NCBI GenBank assembly: GCA_963790635.1
Contig: CAWBPJ010000003.1
Location: 410,823-474,822, forward strand
Origin: an uncultured Actinomycetota bacterium
Lineage (GTDB): Bacteria > Actinomycetota > Thermoleophilia > Solirubrobacterales > Solirubrobacteraceae
DNA length: 64,000 bases
Direction: 5' to 3'
Below are positions 1 through 13,200 of the stretch, piece by piece. The position numbers were made by a program, and so were the translations under genes. The stretch's first letter is position 1. The number at the start of each line of letters is the position of its first letter. The notes under the pieces are model-generated. The model saw only the letters and a program-made list of their open reading frames with translations, did no database searches and had not been told where the DNA came from.

Positions 1-205
1 TCGGCCAAGTTCACCATGGGTCTTTGGTCTATTAATGCACTGCGATCGACACGTGTGACTTTTGCTGATGCCCACCGCAACCTGCGGCCGGCGCAGCGGT
101 TATCAGAGCGTGGCCATGCTCACAGGATCGCGCGACATCGCCGCTCACATAGCCGCGCACGAAACCATGCAGCGGGCGGCAGGCGCGAACCTAAGATCGA
201 CTGCG

Positions 206-3231
<3,026 letters not shown>

Positions 3232-3235
<4 letters not shown>

Positions 3236-3486
3236 TCAGAAGGCGGCACCCCACCGCGCGGGTGGGAGGTGCCACGCGCACGGCCGGACAGGTTGATCCG
3301 GACACGGTCGCGCAGCTGATCGAGCAGCTGCTGGCGTTGGTCCCGGCGGAGCTGCGCGTGCGGCTCACGGAAGCCGCGCGGCAGCTGCTCGAAGCGCTGC
3401 GGGCTGTGATCGACTGGTGCGTGGCGCGGCTCGAGCGGGGAGCCGGACCCGGCGCGGTCGAGGTGCGGGACATCCCGATCCTCTAA
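3232..3486 (+). CDS. Small hypothetical protein coupled to the ArsA-like gene
   Basis: Overlaps the ArsA stop. Helical segment RQLLEALRAVIDWCVARLE and terminal VRDIPIL. Start uncertain. Confidence 0.6.
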
Positions 3487-3552
3487 GGGGCGGGCTCGCC
3501 GCTGCTTCGCCCGCCGGCACCAGACCCCGGCGCGTCTCCCTATATTTGCCGC

Positions 3553-4437
3553 ATGGCCGCGAACCCCACCTCGGTGCAGGATGTCGCAGATGGCCTGCGT
3601 GCCGTCGGCTATCTGCCCGGCACGTCGACGGCGCTCGTCTCATACCTGGCGACCCAGCTCGGCAAGCCGGTGCTGGTCGAAGGTCCGGCGGGCGTCGGCA
3701 AGACGGAGCTGGCCAAGGCGCTCTCCAAGTACCTGGACCGCGAACTCGTGCGGCTGCAGTGCTACGAAGGCCTCGACGAGGCCAAGGCGCTGTACGAGTG
3801 GAACTACCGCAAACAGCTGCTGCGGATCCAGACCGAGGCCGGTGACACCGGCTGGGACGAGGTGCAGGACGACATCTTCGGCGCCGACTTCCTGCTCGAG
3901 CGACCGTTGATGACCGCGATCTCCTCCAGTGAGCCGGTGGTGCTGCTGATCGACGAGATCGACAAGACCGACCAGGAGTTCGAGGCGATGCTGCTCGAGC
4001 TGCTGTCGGATTTCCAGATCACGATCCCGGAGCTGGGGCGGGTCGAGGCGCGTACGCATCCGGTCGTGCTGCTGACCTCCAACAACAGTCGCGAGCTGAC
4101 TGAGGCGCTCAAGCGCCGGTGCCTGTACCTGTGGCTCGACTACCCCGATCTCGAGCACGAGCTCGAGATCGTGCGGATGCACTCCCCCGACCTGTCCGAA
4201 ACGGTCGCGCGCAAGCTCGTCGAGGTCGTGCAGATGGTGCGCGAGCTCGATCTGAAGAAGCCTCCGAGCATCGCCGAGTCGATCGACTGGGCACGGGCGC
4301 TGCTGCTGCTCGGCGCGAGCGACATCGACCAAGACACCTTCCGCCAGACGATGAGCGTGATCGTCAAGCACCGCACCGACCTCGACACCGTCGCCGAGCG
4401 GGTCGGCGTCAAGCTCGAACCCGCGCCGGCGGGCTAG
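3553..4437 (+). CDS. MoxR-family AAA+ ATPase (CoxD-like)
   Basis: Motifs EGPAGVGKT, RLQCYEG, LYEWNY, LLIDEIDK and ALKRRC. Confidence 0.92.
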   Translation: MAANPTSVQDVADGLRAVGYLPGTSTALVSYLATQLGKPVLVEGPAGVGKTELAKALSKYLDRELVRLQCYEGLDEAKALYEWNYRKQLLRIQTEAGDTGWDEVQDDIFGADFLLERPLMTAISSSEPVVLLIDEIDKTDQEFEAMLLELLSDFQITIPELGRVEARTHPVVLLTSNNSRELTEALKRRCLYLWLDYPDLEHELEIVRMHSPDLSETVARKLVEVVQMVRELDLKKPPSIAESIDWARALLLLGASDIDQDTFRQTMSVIVKHRTDLDTVAERVGVKLEPAPAG

Positions 4438-4472
4438 CGATCCGCGCCTCCGGGGTGGCTGAGGACAACGCG

Positions 4473-5829
4473 ATGTCCGGCGACCAGATCGACTTCGATG
4501 GGCAGCTGGTCGCCTTCGCCGATGACCTCCGCTCATGAGGGCGTCGCGGTCGGCACCTCAGAGCTGCTCGACGCGTTCGAGGCGCTGAGGCTGGTCGACT
4601 GGTCCGAGCCGGCCGACTTCCGCGAGACGCTCGCGGCGACGATCGCCAAGTCCCCGGAGGACCGCCGCGTGTTCGAGCTCGTGTTCGACCGCTTCTTCTT
4701 CCGCGCCACGGAGATGCAGGCGGTGCGGCTGGACGTGTCCGAGCCGCAGACCCGTGTCGGCGGCGACGAGGTCGACCTCGACGAGCTGCGGCGTCAGATC
4801 GCGCAGGCGCTCGAGGACGGCTCGGAGTCGGATCTGCGCGACCTTGCGCGGCTGGCGATCGCGGCATTCGGCAAGGGTCAGGGCTCGGGTGTGCTGGGCG
4901 TCGACGTGCAGCGCATTCGGCGTGCGCTCGGTCTGCGCACCGAGCCGCAGCCGGATCTGCCCGCGGACGACCCTCGTCATGACGGCACCTCACGCGAGCA
5001 GCTGCGCCGGTTCGAGCAGGCGCTGAGGCGGGAGCTCGAACGCGGCCAGATCGAGCGCACGCAGACGCTGCCGCCGAAGCGACCGCTGACCGATCTCGAT
5101 CGTTCGCTGCCGGGCGGCCCGGTCCAGGACCTGGCGGCGGTGCACAAGGTCGTCGCACAGCTGCGCCGCCGGCTCGCCTCACAGGGCCATGAGCTGCGCG
5201 GCCGCAACCGTCACGCCCACGTGGACGTGCGCGCGACGATGCGGGCCTCGCTCCAGACCGGCGGCGTCCCGGTGGAGCTCAAATACCGACCCAAGCGCCC
5301 GCGGCGGCCGGAGCTGTTCGTGCTCTGCGACGTCTCGACATCGGTTACGAGCGCCAGCACCTTCTTCCTCAGCGTCCTGCACGCCCTGCACGACGCCTTC
5401 CGCAAGCAGCGCTCGTTCGTGTTCATCGAGCGCATCTCAGAGGTCACCGAGGTCTTCCACCGTGAACGCGATTTCCGCGCGGCGGCAACTGCGATCGCGC
5501 GCGATGCCGGGGTGGCCGACGTCTCCGGCTACACCGACTACGGCCGCGTCTGGAGCGAGTTCCTGGCTGAGATCGAGGATGAGCTGCACCCCCGGGCGAC
5601 CGTGATCGTGCTCGGCGATGCGCGCACCAACGGGCGCCCACCACGCGAGGATCTGTTCGCGGCGATCAGCGCAAGGGCGGGTCGCACGTTCTGGCTGAAT
5701 CCCGAGCCGAAGCTCTACTGGAACTACGGAGACAGCGTGATCTCGGTCTACGAGCAGTTCTGCGAGGCGTTCGAGTGCTGGCGCACCGACCAGCTCGAGG
5801 AGTTCGTCAGGGTTCTATCGCGTGATTGA
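4473..5829 (+). CDS. VWA-domain CoxE-like protein (frameshift near 4534)
   Basis: ATG 4473 (MSGDQIDF...FADDLR) continues in ORF 4498..5829. MIDAS-like CDVSTS, plus TDYG, LGDARTN and WLNPEP. Confidence 0.85.
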
Positions 5830-5856
5830 CGTGCGACCGGCCTGCGGCCCGCTGAT

Positions 5857-6579
5857 TTGATCGAGCTTGACGGGGTTTCCCGAACATTCGCGGGGCGGCG
5901 CGGCGGGGAGCCGACTCCGGCCCTGAAGGATCTGTCGCTGGGGGTCGCCGGCGACGAAATCGTGGCAGTGGTCGGGCCGAGCGGCTGCGGCAAGACCACG
6001 CTGCTCGAGCTGATCTGCGGGCTGCAACGACCTGACGCAGGGCTTGTTCAGAGCGCGCCCGCGGCGCTGATGCCCCAGCGCGACCTGTTGCTGCCGTGGC
6101 TTTCAGCGATCGACAACGCGTGCCTGGCATTGCGGGTCCATGGGGTCGCGCGCCCGCTGGCGCGCGACCAGGTGACGCCGTGGTTCGAGCGCTTCGGGCT
6201 GGCCGGGTTCGAGGATGCGAGACCGTATGAGCTGTCAGGCGGCATGCGCCAGCGGGTTGCGTTCCTGCGCACCGTGCTGGCGGGCAAGCCGGTGCTCGCG
6301 CTGGACGAGCCGTTCGCCGCGCTCGACGCGATCACACGCGCTGAGATGCAGAGCTGGCTGGCACGGATGCTGGAGGTTGAGCCACGGACGGTGGTGCTGG
6401 TGACGCACGATGTCGAGGAGGCGGTGCTGCTCGGGGACCGGGTCGTGGTGCTGTCGCCGCGTCCGGGTCGGGTCGTCGCGGACATCAGCATCGAGGGTCC
6501 CCGGCCGCGGACGCGCACTGACGCGAGCGTGGTCGAGTTGCGGGCACAGGCGCTGGCGGCGCTGGGGGTGGCGCCATGA
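5857..6579 (+). CDS. ABC transporter ATP-binding protein (NitT/TauT family)
   Basis: Motifs [21 protein letters not shown] and VTHD. Confidence 0.95.
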   Translation: MIELDGVSRTFAGRRGGEPTPALKDLSLGVAGDEIVAVVGPSGCGKTTLLELICGLQRPDAGLVQSAPAALMPQRDLLLPWLSAIDNACLALRVHGVARPLARDQVTPWFERFGLAGFEDARPYELSGGMRQRVAFLRTVLAGKPVLALDEPFAALDAITRAEMQSWLARMLEVEPRTVVLVTHDVEEAVLLGDRVVVLSPRPGRVVADISIEGPRPRTRTDASVVELRAQALAALGVAP

Positions 6580-7358
6580 GCCGTCGACGGGCGCTGAGCC
6601 GCATGAGTTGGCTGCTGCCTGTGGCTGCGGTGATCGTCGTATTGGGGATCTGGGAGCTCTACGTCGACGCCGCCGGGGTCGACTCACTGGTGCTGCCGGC
6701 TCCGCACGCCATCCTGCAGGCGCTGTACGACGATCGCGGGACGCTGTGGCACAACCTCAAGCCGACGGCGGCTGAGATCGTCCTGGGCATCCTGCTGGCG
6801 TCGCTAGCCGGCCTGCTGGCGGCGGTCGCGCTGCACCTCTCAACGCTCGCGCGAAAGACCCTCTACCCGCTGCTGGTCGCCTCCCAGGCGATCCCCTTCG
6901 TGACCCTGATCCCTGTGCTGATCGTCTGGCTCGGTTTCGGGCTGCTGCCGAAGCTGGTCGTGATCGCGCTGGTCTGCTTCTTCCCGATCCTGGTGACGAC
7001 GCTGCGCGGACTCGAGAGCGTCGATCCCGATCTGATCAAGCTGATGCACACGTTCGACGCAGGCCGGCGCCAGACGTTCTGGCGCGTCGAACTGCCCAGC
7101 GCGCTGCCTGGTCTCTTCACCGGCGTCAAGCTCGCAGCCGTGTACGCGGTGATCGGAGCGGTGTTCGCCGAACAGTCCGGCTCGTCCTCCGGCCTTGGTT
7201 ATCTGCTGGGCATCACCGTTGCCAACCTTGAGACAGCCGAGGCGTTTGCCACCGTGTTCGTACTCTCAGCAATGGCGATCCTGTTGTTCGCGTTGCTGAC
7301 TCTGGCTGAGCGGCGGGCGCTGCCGTGGATACACCTGAGAGATACACAGCCCCGATGA
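6576..7358 (+). CDS. ABC transporter permease (NitT/TauT family)
   Basis: Multiple hydrophobic helices, ELPSALP, GAVFAE and SSGLGY. ATGA overlap with the upstream gene. Confidence 0.92.
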   Translation: MSRRRALSRMSWLLPVAAVIVVLGIWELYVDAAGVDSLVLPAPHAILQALYDDRGTLWHNLKPTAAEIVLGILLASLAGLLAAVALHLSTLARKTLYPLLVASQAIPFVTLIPVLIVWLGFGLLPKLVVIALVCFFPILVTTLRGLESVDPDLIKLMHTFDAGRRQTFWRVELPSALPGLFTGVKLAAVYAVIGAVFAEQSGSSSGLGYLLGITVANLETAEAFATVFVLSAMAILLFALLTLAERRALPWIHLRDTQPR

Positions 7359-8338
7359 GACTCCACCTCCCAGCTTCCCGCTCGCGGTTGCTCGTCGTTG
7401 CCGCGCTGGCGGCGGCGGCAGCCGCCGCGGTCGGCGGCTGCGGCGAGGTGACCAACACGATCTATCCGAGTCCGGGGACTGCCAACCAGGTAACGCTCGC
7501 GCTCGCTGGCCCACCCAACGCCTTCTACATCGGCATCTACGAGGCCGAGGCGCTCGGCTACTTCAAGCAGACCAACATCGACGTCCACATCGTCGTCCCC
7601 AAGCATGGGCAGAACTCAGTCGACCTGGTCCACTACGGCCACGCGCTGATCGGAGTCGCATCCGAGCCGACGATCTTCCTGCATCGCAACGCGCTGCAGC
7701 CGGTCGTCGGCGTCGCGGCTCTGGTCCACGGTCCACTCTCGGACATCACCGTGCCCGTGCCCAAGGCGGGCCCATCGGGTGGCCATGCGGTCACGACCGG
7801 TACGTCGACCACGACGACGCCCACGGCCACGACCGCAAGCGCAAGGACACACACTTCAACGACCGCGACGGGCACCGGGACCACGCAGGCGCAAACGACC
7901 ACCACCTACACCGAGCAGGACTCGACACTGTGGCCGTCACAACTGCAGACACTGCTCAGCAAGCCCGGCCACCCCACCTACGACGGGATGGTGCTGCTCG
8001 TGCGCAAGCGCACGATCATCGAGCATGCCGGTCTCCCCCGCCGCTTCGTGCAGGCGGTGGCTCGCGGTTATCGAGCTGCGAAGGCGAACCCCGTGGGCGC
8101 GATCGCGAACCTCGTCAAGGAGGTGCCCGCGCTGGCTCCCCAGAAGGCGCTTCAGCTCTCAATCCTGGAAGCTGCGATGCCCTACTTCTTCCCGCCCGGG
8201 GCAAAGGTCTGGGGCTGGCAGCGCGAAGCCGAGTGGAACTCCTTCGGCACCTGGATGATGACTCACCACCTGATCAACAACCCCAATGCCATCACCGACG
8301 CGTCGACGAATGAGCTTCTGCAGGGCGAGGGCGTCTGA
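7355..8338 (+). CDS. NMT1/THI5-like substrate-binding lipoprotein with internal Thr-rich tract
   Basis: Lipobox AVGGC. N-lobe PNAFYIGIYEAEALGYF and C-terminal RRFVQAVARGY...NP...WG. Confidence 0.75.
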   Translation: MRLHLPASRSRLLVVAALAAAAAAAVGGCGEVTNTIYPSPGTANQVTLALAGPPNAFYIGIYEAEALGYFKQTNIDVHIVVPKHGQNSVDLVHYGHALIGVASEPTIFLHRNALQPVVGVAALVHGPLSDITVPVPKAGPSGGHAVTTGTSTTTTPTATTASARTHTSTTATGTGTTQAQTTTTYTEQDSTLWPSQLQTLLSKPGHPTYDGMVLLVRKRTIIEHAGLPRRFVQAVARGYRAAKANPVGAIANLVKEVPALAPQKALQLSILEAAMPYFFPPGAKVWGWQREAEWNSFGTWMMTHHLINNPNAITDASTNELLQGEGV

Positions 8339-8353
8339 GCACGGCCGACGCCG

Positions 8354-9352
8354 CTAGGCCCCGACGATCGCGTTCACGCCGATGCCTCCCGACCGCAGCG
8401 CGTAGCTGGCCGCGAGCCCCTGCCAGCGGCCGAACCGCGCGAAGAAGTCGCGTACCTGCTGCTCGGTCGCACGCGCGTACGGGTCGCCGCCCGACAGCAA
8501 CCGCCCGACGAGCTTGATCAGACCAAGGTCGCCCGCCGGGATCTGATCCAGACGCCCCTGCCCAATCAGCGCCAGGATCTCGATCGTCCAGCTGCCGATG
8601 CCGGGGATCGCTCTCAGGCGCCGCCAGCCGGCCGCCTGCTCCTCGTGGTCGCTCGAGCCGAGCTCGACCCGCCCGGATGCGACCTCGCGCGCAACCCTGA
8701 CCAACGCCAGCGAGCGGGAGGCCGACAGGTCGAAGGACTCCAGGCGGGCAGGCGCCGCCCGCGCGAAGGCGAGTGAGCTCGGGGAGTCGCGCAGGCCGCT
8801 GGTTCTGTCGCGGCGCCCCAGCGCCGCCACCATCCGACGCTGGATCGCGGCGGCACGCTCGTATTCGATCAGCTGCTCCGTGATCGCCCAGGCCAGCGCC
8901 TCGAATGGCTCCGGCCGTCCGGCCGGGCGCAGGGCCGGGTTCGCACGCACGGCCGCCCCGATCAGCGGATCCGTGCGGAACTCGTCATGGAACTCGCGGA
9001 GATCGAGGTCGACGCCGAGCGCTCGGCGCATGCGCGCGATCGCCCGCTCACCGAGCTCGCGCTCTGACGCCCGAGCCCCGATCAGGACATTTCCTGAGCT
9101 GAGCTGTGCGACGCGCACGTGGATCGGCTGGTCGCGCTCATGCAGCAGCCGGTGTAGGACGCCGCCGCGGACCGGGCTGAGCCCGTCCATACCGCCGCGG
9201 CGCGTCAGCCGGAACGGCCACGGCGGTCGCACCTCGACACGAACCTCGAGCCGGTCCGCAGACGCAGGATCGACACGATCTGCAGCCTCAGCATCGACGC
9301 GGTCCGCAGCATCGACGCGAGCACCTGCGCTGAACTCGCCCGCGACGCTCAA
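8354..9352 (-). CDS. HhH-GPD superfamily (AlkA-like) DNA glycosylase-related protein
   Basis: Motifs PFEALAWAITEQ, LRAIPGIGSWT and PAGDLGL. Start uncertain. Confidence 0.8.
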   Translation of the reverse strand: MSVAGEFSAGARVDAADRVDAEAADRVDPASADRLEVRVEVRPPWPFRLTRRGGMDGLSPVRGGVLHRLLHERDQPIHVRVAQLSSGNVLIGARASERELGERAIARMRRALGVDLDLREFHDEFRTDPLIGAAVRANPALRPAGRPEPFEALAWAITEQLIEYERAAAIQRRMVAALGRRDRTSGLRDSPSSLAFARAAPARLESFDLSASRSLALVRVAREVASGRVELGSSDHEEQAAGWRRLRAIPGIGSWTIEILALIGQGRLDQIPAGDLGLIKLVGRLLSGGDPYARATEQQVRDFFARFGRWQGLAASYALRSGGIGVNAIVGA

Positions 9353-9681
9353 TTCGATTGCGAGGACAGCGGCCGAACGTGAACCACGAAGGTGCGCACG
9401 TGGCCAGGACGGGCGTAGCCACCGCGAGCCCCCACCGCCTGCTCGGCCCGACTCAGTGCATGGCGCCGCAGCAGCGCCAGCGTCGCGGCGCCGGCAACGA
9501 AGCCGGTCGCGACCGCAACGGCGGTCTGCACACTCGGTTGTGGCAGCCAGGCCGGCAGGCGCTCGCCGCCGAGTTCCGGCGATTGCCCAGGAAACGGCGC
9601 GTCGACCGCTTCGACGAGCTCGCCGTCGAGCACCTCAACCTCGTAGAGCTCATAGCCCTCGGTCTGCTCGTCTTGCGTCAC
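9349..9681 (-). CDS. Hypothetical single-TM protein
   Basis: GTG 9681 with AGGAC upstream. TM segment AVAVATGFVAGAATLALL. Overlaps the glycosylase start. Confidence 0.6.
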   Translation of the reverse strand: MTQDEQTEGYELYEVEVLDGELVEAVDAPFPGQSPELGGERLPAWLPQPSVQTAVAVATGFVAGAATLALLRRHALSRAEQAVGARGGYARPGHVRTFVVHVRPLSSQSN

Positions 9682-9737
9682 CGTCCTGATGGTGACAGCG
9701 CGACCGGCGGTGTCAACGTTACGATGCCAACGCGCAC

Positions 9738-10997
9738 ATGCCACCGATTGACGTTTTCGCCAAGGCCCGCGAGTTCGAGCGGCTCGACCAGCTCCGAGCG
9801 GCGCGTGAGATCGATGCTCTCCCCTACTTCCGCGTGCTGGAGGGCCCGACGCTGCCCGCAGTCGAGATGGAGGGCAAGCGCCGGATCATGCTCGGCTCCA
9901 ACAATTACCTGGGGCTGACCGGCGACGAGCGCGTCAAGCAGGGCGCGCGCGACGCGCTGGACCGCTACGGCACCGGCCTCACGGGCTCGCGCTTTTTGAA
10001 CGGCACCATCGACCTGCACGTCGAACTCGAGCGCGAGCTCGCCGAGTGGATGGGAACTGACGACGCGCTCGTCTTCACGACCGGTCATCAGGCGAATCTC
10101 GGCGCCCTGGGCACGATCCTGGGTCCTCAGGACACGGTGATCGCCGACTCCGGTGATCACGCATCGATCCTCGACGGCTGCCTGCTGTCGCAGGCGAAGC
10201 TGCGACCCTTCCGGCACAACCGCCTGGATCTGCTCGAGAAGCGACTTCAGACGGCCCAGACCGACGGCGGCGGCATCCTGGTCGTGGTCGACGGCGTCTA
10301 CTCGATGGAGGGCGACGTCGCCCCGCTGCCAGAGATCCTACGACTGTCCAAGCAGTACGGCGCCCGTCTGATGGTCGACGAGGCTCACGCCTTCGGCGTG
10401 CTCGGCGCGCGGGGCGCCGGCACCTGCGAGCTCTTCGGTATCGAGGACCAGGTCGATCTGCGGATGGCGACGTTCTCGAAGTCGCTCGCCTCATGCGGTG
10501 GTGTGATCGCCGGCTCCGCCGAGGTCATCGAGTACCTGCGGATCGCCGCGCGCCCCTTCATCTTCACAGCGTCCGCGGTTCCTGCCGCGGTCGGTGCGAC
10601 CCTGGCCGCCGTCAGGGTCTGCCGCTCCGATGAGGGGCGGGAGCTGTTCGCGCAGGTGCTGGCGAACGCCGCCTACCTGCGACGCGGCCTCGGCGATCTT
10701 GGCTTCAAGCTTCTGCCGCCGGCCCACATGGCTGACGGCACTGAGATCATCACGCCGGTCGTGCCGGTCGTGGTCGGCGACGACTGGAAGGCCGTCTTCC
10801 TGTGGAAGGCGCTGTACGAGGCCGGCGTCTTTGTGAACCTCGCGATCCACCCGGCGGTGCCGCCGGCCGGAGCGCTGCTGCGCACGAGCGTGATGGCGAC
10901 GCATGACCAGAGCGTGCTCGACGAGGCGATCGCGATTTTCGGCCAGGCGAAGCGCGCGTTCGAGGCCGAGCACGGCCCGCTCCCGTCCGGAGACTGA
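9738..10997 (+). CDS. Alpha-oxoamine synthase family PLP enzyme, serine palmitoyltransferase-like
   Basis: Motifs GSNNYLGL, GSRFLNGT, HASI, DGVYSMEG, VDEAH and PLP-lysine motif TFSKS. Confidence 0.85.
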   Translation: MPPIDVFAKAREFERLDQLRAAREIDALPYFRVLEGPTLPAVEMEGKRRIMLGSNNYLGLTGDERVKQGARDALDRYGTGLTGSRFLNGTIDLHVELERELAEWMGTDDALVFTTGHQANLGALGTILGPQDTVIADSGDHASILDGCLLSQAKLRPFRHNRLDLLEKRLQTAQTDGGGILVVVDGVYSMEGDVAPLPEILRLSKQYGARLMVDEAHAFGVLGARGAGTCELFGIEDQVDLRMATFSKSLASCGGVIAGSAEVIEYLRIAARPFIFTASAVPAAVGATLAAVRVCRSDEGRELFAQVLANAAYLRRGLGDLGFKLLPPAHMADGTEIITPVVPVVVGDDWKAVFLWKALYEAGVFVNLAIHPAVPPAGALLRTSVMATHDQSVLDEAIAIFGQAKRAFEAEHGPLPSGD

Positions 10998-11014
10998 GGC
11001 GCCCGCCACATTGT

Positions 11015-11029
11015 CCACCAATTTGGTGG
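11015..11029. promoter_or_regulatory. Palindrome CCACCAA-T-TTGGTGG in the intergenic region
   Basis: Perfect 7-bp inverted repeat just after the PLP-enzyme stop. Could be an operator or part of a terminator. Confidence 0.3.
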
Positions 11030-11333
11030 CAATTTTCCTGACGCGCCGGTCACAGAAAAAACACGCTCTAAGCACACGGATCGGGATTTGTGATCTTGCT
11101 GTTACGGGCGCCAGCGCGATAGCGTGGCATTAGATCGACGAGGCCAGACGACAGCGACGACGCGCTACTAGATGGAGCGACGGGGTCGAAGGCGGGAGCG
11201 CCGGGAACGCTGTTGGTCGTACGAGACACCACAGATTTGAGAAGCATCCGCTTGGATGACGTATGCCCGCGTCCTCCGATCGGCGACGGTCAACGCATAC
11301 GCCTTTACAAGTACAAGACGGAGATGACGCTCG

Positions 11334-11702
11334 ATGACGGAAACCCCAGAGATGCCGACTGAGCCCCAGCGCCTCCGCGCCCTGGAGCACGCCAACGCCA
11401 TCCGTCTCGCCCGCGCCGAGCTGAAGCGACGGATCGCTGGTGGCGACACCTCCGCGGCCGACGTGATCCTCGAGTGTCCTGACGCTGTTCGCAAATGGAC
11501 CGTCGGCGAGCTGCTGATGTCACAACGGCGTTGGGGCAGCACCCGCTGCCGCAAGTTCCTCGAGCGCAACGGCGTCAGCGAGATCAAGCCGATCGGCGCC
11601 CTCACCGAGCGCCAGCGGCGCCTGCTGGCTGAGCAGCTGAGTGGCTGTTGCGCCCCGGCCGCAGCCGAGCAGCGCGAGGCGCGCGAGCTCGCCTTGGTCT
11701 GA
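11334..11702 (+). CDS. Actinobacterial integration host factor (mIHF)-like H2TH DNA-binding protein
   Basis: ALEHANAIRLARAELKRRI...VGELL...WG...KFLE...IGALTERQRRLL parallels the mIHF pattern ALEKA..AR..RAELK...V..LL....VG.......L..RQR..L. Confidence 0.7.
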   Translation: MTETPEMPTEPQRLRALEHANAIRLARAELKRRIAGGDTSAADVILECPDAVRKWTVGELLMSQRRWGSTRCRKFLERNGVSEIKPIGALTERQRRLLAEQLSGCCAPAAAEQREARELALV

Positions 11703-11752
11703 ACCAGGTCGCGTTGCCGGTCGCCCGCCTTGCGACCGGCCTGCGCGTTGGT

Positions 11753-12649
11753 TCATTGCCGGAGTCTCAAGGTCGCGATCGTGCCGGCGACCCGCGCGGT
11801 CAGCGCGAAGGGCCGCTGATCGATCTGTCGAGCGGTGACGCGCATGATGTGATGGCCTGACGCCGTCAGGACCTGATCTCGCAGGCGATCGGTCTCGAAT
11901 TGGCCGCGCCTGCCGTGCACGGCCCAGCCATCGAATTCGATCACGAGCTTGAGGTCGGGCCAGAACGCGTCGACGAGCTTGCCCCCGACCCAGACGTTCG
12001 TGACCGGCAGCGGCAGCTCAGCCGCCCGCAACAGCTTGAGCAGCCTGCGCTCGTAAATCGAGCGCGTGTCGTGGAGCGATTCCGATCGCTCGATCAGGGC
12101 ACGCAGAGCTCCAACCCGCTTCGCATGCGGGTTGCGCTCGATCACGTCGCGGATCTGGGAGACCCGCAGCTGGTTCGTTCTCATCCCAGCCATGAGCGCC
12201 GCCTCGAGCTCAAGGTCGTCAAGCTCAGCGGCGAGTCGAAGCGCGGTCAGGGCCGGCGAGGTCACCGGAATTCCGTCGCACCAGCGGATGTCCTGACGCG
12301 TCACGGAGGCGGCCCGGGGCGCGCGAATGCCGGCCGGCGGTGTCGCCCGCCGCCCCACGATCAGGACATCGATCGGGTCGTCCTGCCCCAATTGCTGAGT
12401 CGTGTCCAGCATTCCCCAGAGCTGCGCGGCCGCACGCCCGGTCACGAGCGCATCACCGCGGAAGTACAGCGCCGCAGCCATCATCCGGCCGGCGACCCCC
12501 CGCTGGGGCCGGCCAACGAGGTACACGCTTGGAAGGACACGGTGCAGTCGGCCGTTGCGGACACGGCTCGCGCGAGCCGTGTGCCTGATGCCGGCCGCCC
12601 TCAGCTGGGCCAGATGCACGTGCCCGTGCTGTCGCTCCGCAAGACGCAT
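11753..12649 (-). CDS. AbiEi-like/DUF559 (Vsr-like endonuclease) domain protein
   Basis: LAERQHGHV...LHRVLPSVY, GIPVTSPALT and VDAFWPDLKLVIEFDGWAVH...DRLRDQVL...RVT. The ORF is open upstream to 13342 through the repeat. Confidence 0.85.
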   Translation of the reverse strand: MRLAERQHGHVHLAQLRAAGIRHTARASRVRNGRLHRVLPSVYLVGRPQRGVAGRMMAAALYFRGDALVTGRAAAQLWGMLDTTQQLGQDDPIDVLIVGRRATPPAGIRAPRAASVTRQDIRWCDGIPVTSPALTALRLAAELDDLELEAALMAGMRTNQLRVSQIRDVIERNPHAKRVGALRALIERSESLHDTRSIYERRLLKLLRAAELPLPVTNVWVGGKLVDAFWPDLKLVIEFDGWAVHGRRGQFETDRLRDQVLTASGHHIMRVTARQIDQRPFALTARVAGTIATLRLRQ

Positions 12650-12848
12650 CACCTCGAGGTCGCCCCTGCCCCGAACAGGCTCAAATCTGACAATCGACCC
12701 AGCCAAACGCGATTGGCTTAAAGAGTGGCGATTTTCAGGAGCGTTCCTGACAATCGGCGCGGGCCTGTCCGATCTGCATGATCGCTCCTGCTCGGCCGGG
12801 CTCGCGGAAGGGGTCTCGGTCGACTTGGGAGTCGTGGCGCTGGCCTCG

Positions 12849-13200
12849 GTCGTGGCGTCGGTCGTGGCCTCAGTCGTGGCCTCAGTCGTGGCCTCAGTCG
12901 TGGCCTCAGTCGTAGCCTCAGTCGTGGCCTCAGTCGTGGCCTCAGTCGTGGCCTCAGTCGTGGCCTCAGTCGTGGCCTCAGCCGTGGCCTCAGTCGTGGC
13001 CTCAGCCGTAGCCTCAGCCGTGGCCTCAGCCGTAGCCTCAGTCGTGGCCTCAGTCGTGGCCTCAGCCGTGGCCTCAGTCGTGGCCTCAGCCGTAGCCTCA
13101 GTCGTGGCCTCAGTCGTAGCCTCAGTCGTGGCCTCAGTCGTGGCCTCAGTCGTGGCCTCAGTCGTAGCCTCAGCCGTGGCCTCAGTCGTGGCCTCAGCCG
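12849..13200. repeat. 12-bp tandem repeat (GTCGTGGCCTCA and variants), about 29 copies
   Basis: Directly visible, with variants GCCGTGGCCTCA, GTCGTAGCCTCA and GCCGTAGCCTCA. Reads (EATT/EATA)n on the minus strand. Confidence 0.97.

Noticed and set aside
5830-5856. TPP riboswitch ahead of the NMT1/THI5-type ABC operon
   Set aside because: Only 27 bp of intergenic space and no TPP consensus.
12849-13200. Possible CRISPR array
   Set aside because: The units are contiguous 12-mers with no unique spacers and no cas genes are present; it is a tandem repeat.
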